Made by a program: the position numbers and the translations under genes. Below are positions 49,038 through 61,200 of a DNA stretch of 64,000 bases, one piece after another (positions within the stretch are counted from its first letter, which is position 1; every line of letters begins with the position of its first letter). The notes below the pieces were generated by a model, which saw nothing but the letters and a program-made list of their open reading frames with translations, was not told where the DNA came from and did no database searches. Origin of the DNA: Laetmonice hystrix (taxonomy: Eukaryota); NCBI GenBank assembly GCA_965235115.1, contig OZ249438.1, positions 20,026,001 to 20,090,000 of the forward strand. The letters run 5' to 3'.

Positions 49038-50707
49038 TGTTGTAATCGGTGATGGTTTAATGTTGGAGGTTTAGATGTCCGTGGTGTTGGGGGTGGGTGG
49101 AGTTTCTGTTGTAATCGGTGATGGCTTAATGTTGGAGGTTTAGATGTCGGTGGTGTTGGGGGGGGGGGGGGGGGGGTTCTGTTGTAATCGGTGATGGCTT
49201 AATGTTGGAGGTTTAGATGTCGGTGGTGTTGGGGGGGGGGGGGTTCTGTTGTAATCGGTGATGGCTTAATGTTGGAGGTTTAGATGTCGGTGGTGTTGGG
49301 GGTGGGTGGGTGGAGTTTCTGTTGTAATCGGTGATGGCTTAATGTTGGAGGTTTAGATGTCGGTGGTGTTGGGGGTGGGTGGAGTTTCTGTTGTAATCGG
49401 TGATGGCTTAATGTTGGAGGTTTAGATGTCGGTGGTGTTGGGGGGGGGGGGGGGGGGGTTCTGTTGTAATCGGTGATGGCTTAATGTTGGAGGTTTAGAT
49501 GTCGGTGGTGTTGGGGGGGGGGGGGGTTCTGTTGTAATCGGTGATGGCTTAATGTTGGAGGTTTAGATGTCGGTGGTGTTGGGGGTGGGTGGGTGGAGTT
49601 TCTGTTGTAATCGGTGATGGCTTAATGTTGGAGGTTTAGATGTCGGTGGTGTTGGGGGTGGGTGGGTGGAGTTTCTGTTGTAATCGGTGATGGCTTAATG
49701 TTGGAGGTTTAGATGTCGGTGGTGTTGGGGGTGGGTGGAGTTTCTGTTGTAATCGGTGATGGCTTAATGTTGGAGGTTTAGATGTCGGTGGTGTTGGGGG
49801 TGGGTGGAGTTTCTGTTGTAATCGGTGATGGCTTAATGTTGGAGGTTTAGATGTCGGTGGTGTTGGGGGTGGGTGGAGTTTCTGTTGTAATCGATGATGG
49901 CTTAATGTTGGAGGTTTAGATGTCGGTGGTGTTGGGGGTGGGTGGAGTTTCTGTTGTAATCGGTGATGGCTTAATGTTGGAGGTTTAGATGTCGGTGGTG
50001 TTGGGGGTTGGCTGAGTTTCTGTTGTAATCGGTGATGGCTTAATGTTGGAGGTTTAGATGTCGGTGGTGTTGGGGGTGGGTGGAGTTTCTGTTGTAATCG
50101 GTGATGGCTTAATGTTGGAGGTTTAGATGTCGGTGGTGTTGGGGTGAGTGGGTGGAGTTTCTGTTGTAATCGGTGATGGCTTAATGTTGGAGGTTTAGAT
50201 GTCGGTGGTGTTGGGGGTGGGTGGAGTTTCTGTTGTAATCGGTGATGGCTTAATGTTGGAGGTTTAGATGTCGGTGGTGTTGGGGGTTGGCTGAGTTTCT
50301 GTTGTAATCGGTGATGGCTTAATGTTGGAGGTTTAGATGTCGGTGGTGTTGGGGGTGGGTGGAGTTTCTGTTGTAATCGGTGATGGCTTAATGTTGGAGG
50401 TTTAGATGTCGGTGGTGTTGGGGGTGGGTGGAGTTTCTGTTGTAATCGGTGATGGCTTAATGTTGGAGGTTTAGATGTCGGTGGTGTTGGGGGTTGGCTG
50501 AGTTTCTGTTGTAATCGGTGATGGCTTAATGTTGGAGGTTTAGATGTCGGTGGTGTTGGGGGTGGGTGGAGTTTCTGTTGTAATCGGTGATGGCTTAATG
50601 TTGGAGGTTTAGATGTCGGTGGTGTTGGGGGTGGGTGGAGTTTCTGTTGTAATCGGTGATGGCTTAATGTTGGAGGTTTAGATGTCGGTGGTGTTGGGGT
50701 GAGTGGG
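49038..50707. repeat. About 69-bp G/T-rich minisatellite, about 24 copies, variable G tract
   Basis: Unit GAGTTTCTGTTGTAATCGGTGATGGCTTAATGTTGGAGGTTTAGATGTCGGTGGTGTTGGGGGTGGGTG. Poly-G expansions in the left third. Confidence 0.98.
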
Positions 50708-51885
50708 ACTGAACATTCTGTCTGCATTGATATCATCGGGTATAGAAGGAGTCTTTGTTTGATCATATATTAGAGGCATCACGTTAGGCTGGACATTGGG
50801 ATGAAGTGGGTACTCCTTGTAAAGACGTAGGAGACTTGGCGCTGATATCACTGTGTTAAGGGTAATTACCCCCGATGGATGTGGGGGTATATTGTTTCGG
50901 GGTTGAGGAGGGAGGGGTATTTCCCAGGTGAGAATCGCCATACATGTTGGGGTGAACTGAAGGAGTTTAAAGGTGCGTGCATTTTGTCATTTCAACCGCT
51001 GAGAAATTACCAAGGTACCCCGGGTATTGGATACCTTAAATTTGGAGTGACTGCCATAAAACTTAGATGTGGATGGCAAGGATCGAGGATCAACGATTGT
51101 ACACGCCAACCTGCCACAGGAACATCATCAACGTGGCTGAATCATTCACTTTGACATGAAACCCTGCGCACAATTTAACGATCGCGCCAACTTCAGGGGT
51201 CAAGGCGTGCACAACTTTCCGTTCGCTGAAAATCCCCCGTGGAAAATATAATGGAAAGTTAAGGGAGGGAAAGTTATGCACAACCACCCCACCCCACCCC
51301 CAACACACCGATGTGACAGACAAGTATAAACGCCAAGGCGTGCTGTGTCAAATTAAGTATAACGAGTGCCGAATCAAAGTACTTGGCACAAACTGTTTCT
51401 CCTAAACTAAAACTTCCTATATCTGATTTAATGACATCCTCTTATGTTTGGAACAAAATCGGTCCAGGTTACTCATTCAACGCTTTTCAATACACTTAGA
51501 AGCGAGAACTAAGAGATCCTACAGACGGGTGCCCATGCACTTTGAAAAATCCTTGAAGGTGCCAGAATTTGAAAGTAAAATGAATTACAAAGTCGTGAGA
51601 AAGAAAAAGGTGCACTTGGGAGTCCTTAAATTATTTTAGTCGGATGGAAAACAAACGTTAATTTATGTCCGACGTTATCAAAGATAATATTATGTAGGCC
51701 TATCTAGTAAAAGACCTAGGCCTATTGCCGGTAAATTATTTTAATTTCACGGGAGCAGACTTTTAGATGTACATTGTACTTGCATTTGTTTAATGGAAGT
51801 AACCAGGGTCTATGCCTCTATCTGTAGCTTCATGAAGAAATTGCTGATTGGCAGATGATCATTGGCCTTGGGAACACTGTAACTT

Positions 51886-52150
51886 GGAAACATAGCGCTG
51901 ACGGACAGGAAACATAGCGCTGACGGACAGGAAACATAGCGCTGACGGACAGGAAACATAGCGCTAACGGACAGGAAACATAGCGCTAACGGACAGGAAA
52001 CATAGCGCTGACGGACAGGAAACATAGCGCTGACAGACAGGAAACATAGCGCTGACGGACAGGAAACATAGCGCTAACGGACAGGAAACATAGCGCTGAC
52101 GGACAGGAAACACGGGGTGACGGACAGGAAACATAGCGCTGACGGACAGG
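51886..52150. repeat. 22-bp minisatellite, about 12 copies
   Basis: Unit GAAACATAGCGCTGACGGACAG. Confidence 0.96.
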
Positions 52151-53649
52151 ATATATGTTGACAGTTCCAGCACCGCTTCAGATAGAGATAGGGATAGCAA
52201 GTAAACGGGCTCGGCGGCAAACAGTGGCCGTGCCCTTCTATACGGGGTGACGGCAACACAATATCAGTCTGCTATCAAACGTGTAAACATGGAAGTAGCA
52301 AGGAGGGAGAATTATTCTAGGAATGTGATCACCCTGGCCACCTGGACAGGTGGGTCCAATGGTGATTGAGTCATGTACCTGGGGCTAGATGATGAGGTAG
52401 GGTAAGGGTCAGCAGGTACACCTGTTGCAAGGGTCGTAACCCAAGATCAGAGTATTTACCTGACGACCCTGGCATTGAGACGGGTCTGCGACATCAGAGG
52501 CTGCCACTCTCTGCAAGGCAGGCGAAATGTTAACGCTGACCACCTGGGCCTGTTTATAACTGCGCCACCTATAGGACTGCGGGCACAACAGTGATGCCGC
52601 TTCAATAGCATTAGTGTTTGTTTACATGGGAGTGTGTGTTGTTTGTAAATGATGCGCACCTGGGCGGCCCGAGGTCCCAACGTGCCGCTGTCGCCGGGAG
52701 CGCGTGCGGGCCATGTGGCGCGGCAGAGTTCGCTGTCAGACCAGAGTGTCCATCGACAAATCAATGCCACTAACTCGGCCACACCTACAGCCAAGTAGCC
52801 ACACCTATAGGCTGCACGGTCCTGACCACACCTTAAGTCTTACACACCAGCGGAAATCTGAAAATGGGGAGATTCTGAGTGACTAATTGATACAAGAACG
52901 TTGGAGTCTTGTTCTTTCCCGCGCTAAACGTTGACGCCCGATAAAATTCAAAAAGAAGTCACCCCTCTCGGAGAAGATCATTCATGGGTTATATTATAAT
53001 GTTATTCCTGGATCCAGAGACGTCCAAGCCCAACAACGTAATTCTAATGTGATTGAAAAAGATATAAAAGAGTATTCCTGGTGTTGTTTTGAGAAAGCGG
53101 AATATAGAGAAGTGGGGTGTATAGAAGTTGTGATCACTGAGTGAACTAAACGGTAAAAGTTTGGTTTGTTGTCACATCTCATCAAGTCTCGACCTTCTGT
53201 CATGCGTTATCTTCTACTTATCGTCAGACAAATTACTGCGATACAAATTATCATATACTTCAAAAGTCAACTTTGAAAAGTCAAAAGGAAACTTAAAAGT
53301 CATTGCTATTTCAAAGAAAGGTCTTCCTGATGTGTGCGAACCGTGTATTGGGAGGACTTAAGGCACTTGAGCATTATGACAAGGAGCAAAGATGAAGGGA
53401 ACGTGCAATAATTTCATACACAGCTGCACTTGAGAGCAGAGTGAGAACGGCAAATGTTCTCGTCCGTTTACATTCTCCAGACCTCCCGTTACGGTTACCA
53501 AGGAAATGATGTTTTTTTAAAAAACAGAAAATGTAAAGTCGTCGCCTTTGATCACAGAAATACTTAGTAAAAAGTGTTGTATGACACTCTGCAGTTGTGT
53601 GGTTCCGGTTCCGGTCGATTCCGGTGTTGATCCACCTTGATGCCTACCT

Positions 53650-53727
53650 CCCCCTCACCACCCCCACCCCCCACCACCCCTCTCCACACCACCACCACCA
53701 CCACCACCAACGCCCCCCCCCCCTCCG
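53650..53727. repeat. C-rich low-complexity tract with (CCA)n
   Basis: Direct reading: ccaccaccaccaccaccaa plus poly-C. Confidence 0.8.
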
Positions 53728-54192
53728 CTCATTAACAGTTAGATACTGAGGGTTCTTCTCTTTGTGACGTCACGGAGGTAATGAACGACCTGAGGAGGGC
53801 CTTCTTCCCTGTCTGACGGTGGTCAGTGTGGTCTGGCGGGCAGGGCGGGGTGTAGTGGGAGCAGCCAAGTCGTGGATGTGGCACACTATTCCTGGGTTTT
53901 GGCTGAGCCTGGCCACTGTGGGCCTTACGTGTCTCCTGCCAGCACCAATCATTGGTGACATGCAGAACCCTCTGGCGGCCGACTCGGCCATGTTTCATGG
54001 AGACAGCTCCTTCCGGTCCAACAGCTGCCCAGTCAGCAACAGTCGGCCTGCTGCAAACATTCACCATCTTTAGCACGCCTTTATTTCTACATTATAATTT
54101 ACTTTCATACGTCATCGGTTTTTGTTTTTTGCAAGCGTGTTTGTAGGGGTGGGTGAGGGGTGTTTCAGCAGGCATTATACATCTAGTGGCTT

Positions 54193-54248
54193 ACTTTCTT
54201 TTTGAACCTACAGGCCAATAACTTTCTTTTTGAACCTACAGGCCAATA
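54193..54248. repeat. Perfect 28-bp tandem duplication
   Basis: ACTTTCTTTTTGAACCTACAGGCCAATA twice. Confidence 0.9.
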
Positions 54249-57019
54249 AGCCATGAGGTATACTGTACAGGAGGGGGTGGAAATCCGGGAGGTTGTTCGA
54301 ACCCCTTCCAGGATGAGGTTCCCTTTTATTTCCTTTGCTGATTTTGGATGGTCCTCAAAATTCCGCTCAAGAGGAAAGCAAGCCTGCTGCTCGACCAGAC
54401 ACGTTACGCCTCTGTAATTACAAGTATACTGTACTGATCAGAGTAATGTTAAATTTTAAGTTCGGCAAACGTTCTTAATATGAATACTTGAATCGTTTAG
54501 GGGGGAAATGAGAAAAATCTATCGAGGTCTTGAGGTTTCTCTCTGTGTCATACTGACAGTTGGGGTCTGCCAGGCCAGGCCCTTTGACTGTCGCGTTGAC
54601 AGCTTTCTTCAGAAGTAACTAGAGAGGCTATGTCTGACTGGATTATGTCATCTGGAGGCCTGTGTCATATTGACAGATGTCTGAAAGCCTAGGTTCTCCT
54701 GACAGATGTCCTCTGAAGTGCTGTGTCGCACTGACAGGCAGGGTTCGCAATGGGAGGGTGACAGTACATACCAGATCGACACGTTAGGCTCAGCAGCCGC
54801 CAAGCCAGCACTGACTGGCACTTTGTCTCTCTCTACCAATAAAGCCAGTCATCCATTTTAATCCAGTAGGAACTGCGCCCTGCCAGGCTGGCCCGTCAGA
54901 CCTGGGAGTCACTACAACATAACACCTCACACCTGGTGCCTACAGACTCACGCTGCACCGGCTGCCGTGGCGCTCCACTCCGATAAAAGCTTCGATTAAT
55001 TTCTCTTCTTCCACAAGTCTGGCAAGATTGTGTTTCCGGTGACCTAGGAGACAACAGACAACCGTCCGGGAAAGCGAACCATTCTCTCTCTGGTCTTCAT
55101 TCACTCCGAATAACTTCCACAAGGTTTGCATTTCTCAGAGTTGTACGTAGATCGTAGGACATCGCATCAGCCCCGCTCAGACGTTGGTGACATGGAGACA
55201 TCGGTTGCCTTCCGACTGCTTATGTCTTGCAGACAAAGATGGTTCATCTGAGGGAGACAAGCACACATAACCAGTCCAGATGTCTCTGGACAAAATGGTC
55301 ACAAGAGGTTGCCTGTTGATGATTGGGCAACCGGTTGTCAGGAAGGAACTTTTTCCATTAAAGACCTGTATTTGCATTCTCTCCCAAACAACTGAGATGG
55401 TCGTGGAGGGACTTAACGGTGCTGCCCTCAAACATACCTCAGCTTTAGACTGGTAGACAGTAGTGGCGGACATGACGAGCCAGGCTACTCGATCTGGCCT
55501 CATGTATAGTCGGCAAGCACCCGGGCCTCGTCAGTTATGGGCGAACAAACTCAAATTAGACTTGCATATAGGTACATCTGTTACCGATTACTTGTACGGC
55601 GAAAAACGGCAAACAGGAAGAGGCAGCGACCCCCCGGCCTCCCTCACTACCGTCAGGCTGCATCAGACGGCGATTTATACGTCTAAACTTAGGATCTTTC
55701 GCTTGACATGATGAAGAACAGGCCATCACCAAAAAGTCGACATAATTTGGACAAAATCAGTCATTAATTTGATAAAACACGTACACGCATACAATATATG
55801 TAATTGAATATTATGAAGGATATACATAGTGTTACAGTATAGGTACTTATTGTGCCTTTTACTTTGTAAATCTCTCCATTTTTTTCTCTCTGACCAACTG
55901 GCATGAAAGGTGTATGACATCTCTCCTCAGCCGTACTATATAATAAGGGCTATAATAGTGGCTGCATGGTTAGAGTGTTGACGCGGTAGTTTACAGCGTT
56001 AATGCATTCGTTCCCAGTGTTAAGAAGTAAGTGTGCCGAGTTAGCAAAGGCTGACGGCGGGAATGGCTGGGTTATCGCAGTCAACCGCCGCAACTGTTTG
56101 GCTGATGATTCCTGCAGGTGGCGCTTTGACATTGTGCCACTAATCTTCTTCAACAAGCCGTCGGTGCTGCCTGGCGTGATGGTTCCTGGTATAGCAGGTC
56201 GGCCTGCCCGCCCTCCGACCTGGCTTCTCCCTGGCCCTGGCAGTAATCGCAAGGTGCGATAGGGAGGCGGTCGGATTCTGGGACCTCTAGCGGACGGAGT
56301 AGGCATAAAGCGAAGTGCCATTTAGGTTGTTGAACCTTCGTCTTACATAAATGTGGTGGCAGATGAGGTTTCCGATTGACTATCGCCCGCTGCCGAAGGT
56401 TATCGCCGACGTTACTGCCAATCTAAATGTTTCAACACTGAATATATTAACCCATATGTTATCGAAGCCATCGGCTTGGGTTCTCTAGGAAGAACAGATA
56501 GAAAGATGGGGTTAAGAAGTCGGACATTGGATGTTGTGAAGGGCTGTGGGGAAAAGTCTACCCTTACTTCACATCTAGCTATAAACATCCATTGGCCTTT
56601 ACGCCTCTTCGCCAAGAAGATTCTTTTAATGAGACAGTCGCCGCAACAATTAATATACTCATGAAGTTTTTGTTGCTGTTGTCAAATCCAATCAAAATCA
56701 TGTAGATTTTCTATAAACCAGTGGATTGCACGGACTCATCTATAGCATTACCTGCCTGTGGTCACTGGCGGTCATCCTGCCTCCAGCGACCTGAAAGAGC
56801 CAGCTTATTACAGGACCAGTGTAATACGTGTCGAAGAGGGAGGCGCCCTCTACAACAGTTCAATTTCAGCGTCTCTCAAGTTCACTTTCACGCTGAGAAG
56901 TGTGTTTTCCTGGATTATGATTCAAATTTACCGGAAATGTCTTTAAAGCCTTGAAATTTGACCCTTTTTTGAGTAAACGAGAGTGAAGCACGACACAATA
57001 TACCTGTTTGTACTTGCAG

Positions 57020-57554
57020 GTATAAAGTGATGAGGCGGTGCTGGGAGGAGCGCCCTCAGGACCGACCAACATTTACCGACCTCCACGACCAACTCGACAC
57101 AATCATTAAGGAACTGGCCATGACCGACTACACGGAAGTGAGCGTGGATGAAACCAACGATTACTACCTCACCCGTCACGGCTCCGACACTGACGTCACG
57201 ACGGCATCAGACGACATCTTCAACACGTCATCACGTTCCTCCGCTGACCTCATCCATGGGGTCACACTGGGAGTTCCCTTGTGGAGTCCTGGCAGTGAAT
57301 CGAGCGGGATCTCCACTGACCATCACGGCCACAGCCCCGGCAGCCACATCAGTTTCGATCGCTTTATGACGGGAAGGTCGAGCTCGGAGTGCTTTCTGAA
57401 CCGACCGCCAGGTGGCCAATCCGGAAGCGGAAAGGAGCGGGGCTTACTGCGAATGTCGACGTGCAGCCAGGACGGCCTGTTAGGAAGCTCCCTCAGTGAG
57501 GGTTTCGGCTCAGACGGAAGCTCGGTGTATTTCTTTGACGAAAGCTATTTCTAA
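57020..57554 (+). CDS. RTK terminal coding exon (subdomain XI and Ser-rich cytoplasmic tail, stop codon)
   Basis: Acceptor tgtttgtacttgcag| at 57019. The phase-2 junction TT+G gives ...[37 protein letters not shown]..., the expected LY.VM..CW...P..RPTF motif. Ends ...SVYFFDESYF then TAA at 57552-57554. Confidence 0.92.
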
Positions 57555-58280
57555 CTGCATCTAGTGGGTCCGTTTGGACTAGATGTCTCATGTAAACATG
57601 CCCAACTCCTACTCGAGTAAAACGATACATGGTAGGCGTAATCCTGGTACATAAACATAATTAAACAAAAAATGGTCTTTGAATGCTATTGCCCTGCTAA
57701 GTGTTGCATGAACTAATTTCTTAATGTCTATGTTTTTCAAGTCTCTATTGGTAAATATGAAATTAATTTGCTTGCCATTATTTCGTCCTATTATATGATA
57801 GCAGCCTTTCTCATATTAGCTGCATGTTTTGTATTTTTAACTACTAGTTTGAAGAAAAGTCGATGTCTTCTTGTCACCAGAAGACTATCCCCTTGACAGT
57901 ATCTGCTCACAGATTGGCATTGTGTCAGGCTTTTCAAGCATGTCACATAATAACACACATTTATCGTCAGCATAGTAATTCTCAGTCATAGTATTACATC
58001 TGCATTTACCTCATTGGCATAGCTAAGAATATATGATTAAAGATTGCCCATAATGGTGAGTGATAATATTGTTTTTGAAAAGATTTACATAAATAAGATC
58101 AATAAGTTTCAGAGATGTTGAAATCATGCTTACATGACTGGAGATATATCCAAGAATAGGCACAAATGTTCGAGTGGTGTTGGGAGAAACCGGAATATAT
58201 TTGCTGGGCGAGGTTAACTATTATTCACGAATTGTTCAGTCAATACTACAGAAATACGATTTTGTAAGGCAAACTTTGGG

Positions 58281-58286
58281 AATAAA
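58281..58286 (+). terminator. Candidate poly(A) signal for the RTK
   Basis: AATAAA about 730 bp after the stop. ATTAAA variants also occur nearer, e.g. about 57660. Usage unverified. Confidence 0.3.
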
Positions 58287-61200
58287 CGGTACAAATAATT
58301 CAGTTCCGATTCCTTCCATCTTCATGTTTGATTTCCCTTATGATATCCTTTTGTTTTTCTTTTCTTTTCTTTTTTGACAGACATGGGCCATAAAAGACAC
58401 AAAGTTCCCTTCCCCCCCCCCCCGAAGAAGACTATACCAGTAATATGGCTGTCAATAGATGCGAGGGCACTTCGGAAACTCCCTTTAAAAAATTTCTGGA
58501 TACGCCACTGCCCCTATCAACCTGCCCTCGCATCTCAAGGCATCAAGAGAAACCGTCCTTATAACTAAGTAGGACACGTGGAAATGAATTTCAGCTCTTG
58601 AAGTTACTTACCTTAATCGATTAACCCATTTCAAGTACCCTGCCGTTTGGAGGTGGTCCAACTCGGCAAGTGGTCCGACGCGGAGGGCCAGCGGAAGACG
58701 GGAATTACGGGCACATAGAGCGGGCAGTGCCAACAACAGCCAGACGTCCTCCGACTCGTAACGTTTGCCAACGGTTGGAGTAAAGTGAGAGGCCCACGCC
58801 ATCACCACCGCAAGTGTCCAATTAACACGGCCACGGAACCTAACAAACCGCTCCACTTGTCTACAGACTCTCAGCTACACGTCCTTCCGCAATCCAACGG
58901 ATAACTGCTATTGTTTATTTAGGTTAAAAGATTTTTCTCCATAGTTCCAGATTAGACGGGATAATTCACATAAAAATGCACAGTAAAAGATTTCATGCAT
59001 TTTATTAGTTTTTAAAAAATACGTAAAGGTTCCAAAATGAATGATGTGCTATATTTGGGAAATGCTGAGTTAAGCTCTTGGCCCGAAAACATTTCAAATT
59101 ACTCAGAATAAATATGATCGCGATGTATATTGGTAACTCGTGTTCCCAATTCACAGGCCACCAAAGTTTGCAAACACTGATGAAATTACGGATTTCTGAA
59201 GCGTACCCGCTCGTATAGCGGAAGTCTTCCTTATAATGGTTTAACAGATATTTGCTTCAACTAATTTATTATAAAGATAGATATGGTGGCAAGAATGATT
59301 TACGACGCATCTATCAGTAAACACCTCTAGTATTGAACATGTTTATTTTATTGGATTTCGAAAGCCGAAAGCAGGTCCAATCAGTATGATGTCGGCCTAT
59401 ACCCGCCCTTGCCTGGCGCAGACAATCTGTACGCATGTTGTCGCGGGTGCATGATGCCAAGAGCGTGTAACTTGTTATCATATCGAGGGGCAGCATTGAT
59501 TTTTCTTATATAGAGAACAAGGAAAACTGACGTCCAAGGTTAAAAGTTCGTGTTGGCGTGGTACTTGAGAACATAAATGTACACAGGCTGGCAGTGCGCC
59601 ACCGACTAGAAGTACTCGGTACGCTATAACATTATCAAGTTTTCCGGATATTTCCGCCATTTTCAAGAGCTATGCCTCAACATAGCGTCCGTTTTTTGAA
59701 TCAGTGTCGAAATGCGTCTAAAGAGGGCAGACGGTATAGCCCGGTGAGGGGGCCCGAGACTGCATTATTTGATATCCTTTTTTTTTAATTTGCCAGAGGA
59801 GCATCTCTGAAGTACTTAAACTTTGGACCCTCCCTAAACAATTTCTAGATACGCCAATGGGTCTGATCAACTTCTGTCTTTCAGTCTGTGACGTCATAGT
59901 CTGAATTTAGCCGTCTCATCTGACTTGGTTTCACAAGCTCTGACTTTGTGCATAATTAACACCACTATAATTATGACGTCTGAAGCAGATGCTATTTCAC
60001 CCACTTGTCTCTGTTTAGATATCTGCAAACTTAGTAGGCGCCTTTTAAAATTTAGGACCATTCAGTTATTGTTTCCTTACGTGATGATAAAGATGGCGAC
60101 AATGAGGAAAAAATATGTTCTTTTTAATATTGCCTCGTGATGAAATGATAATAAAATTTTACATCGCTTTATGTAATCGGTAGATCATATTATCGTAGAT
60201 CCTTTAGGTTGGTCACACTGATTTCTGTCTGGGGTGTGGGTGGGTGTGGGTGGAGGGGTATCCTTTGGATTTAGTACTCAAAGCACCGCATTCATGTAAT
60301 GCGGGCCTAGCAGTGGTCGTCACAGGCAATTACTCCAGATATAAAGAGTTGAATCCTGTGGCCTAGCATGCCCCGTCCCACAGAGCTATGAGTGCCGTAC
60401 AAAGGGCCGGAAAGCAGTGACGACCTCGGAAATAAGTTGTCTACATCACAAGTATTATGTACGTGGGTATGTCTGGTTTATAGTCTAGTCGCTGGCCGTG
60501 GAGTCGCACTCAGTCATAATGACCGAAGCCCTAATGTCTATAACGATGTGTGGTACTTTCTATGGGCAGCGCCCACGGCTTGGAAAGATCCCGCGAGTTG
60601 TGAAACGTGTAAAAATATCATATTTATGTATCCTAAACAGTTAACAGTTCTACCCCCCCCCTCCTTCACTGCAAGCTATTATAACGTATTACCGTCTGTG
60701 GTTAGTGACCTCGCCTGCCGTTCACATTATACGAGTCCCATCTAACTAGTCCCATCTAACTACGGATGTTATAACTAAATTCCTACTGATAATATCTGTG
60801 ACTTATATTGTGTCCTAAATCTAAGGGGACTAAACTAGGTGGGACCGCGTTTTATCAGCATAATTTAAGTAGGCCCTCGTATTTAATTTATATATTAAAA
60901 TGTCGATTTTGTCTTTATAATGTATCACTCAGTCTCTGTCCGTCCAAGGACAGAAGCCACCGAGGCGGTCCCGAACTGGTTGTACTCATGTGAATACAAC
61001 GGTTGGCAGATCTCTCCACACTGGCCGACCGCAGCCCAGGTGTGCAGGATTCAGTATTGCAGTAATTGTCAACCTCTTGAGCACACAGGTGCTTGATGGT
61101 TTGACGTTCTGGTTAGTAAGCGGGCGGTTCGAACGCATGCCACTGCCGGGTAATTGCTGTAGGTCTTGTGACCAAAAAAAAGTCGTGTGTCGGAGGTGGT

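Larger units (their letters stand above)
1915..57019 (+). other. 55,105-bp final intron of the RTK gene
   Basis: GTAAGT donor at 1915 and TTGCAG acceptor at 57014-57019 join two exons in frame into a continuous kinase domain. I found no other exon in between that supplies subdomain XI. Confidence 0.85.

Noticed and set aside
58355-58380. Strong pyrimidine tract plus AG downstream of the RTK stop
   Set aside because: Explained by a (CTTTT)n low-complexity run; no coherent exon follows.
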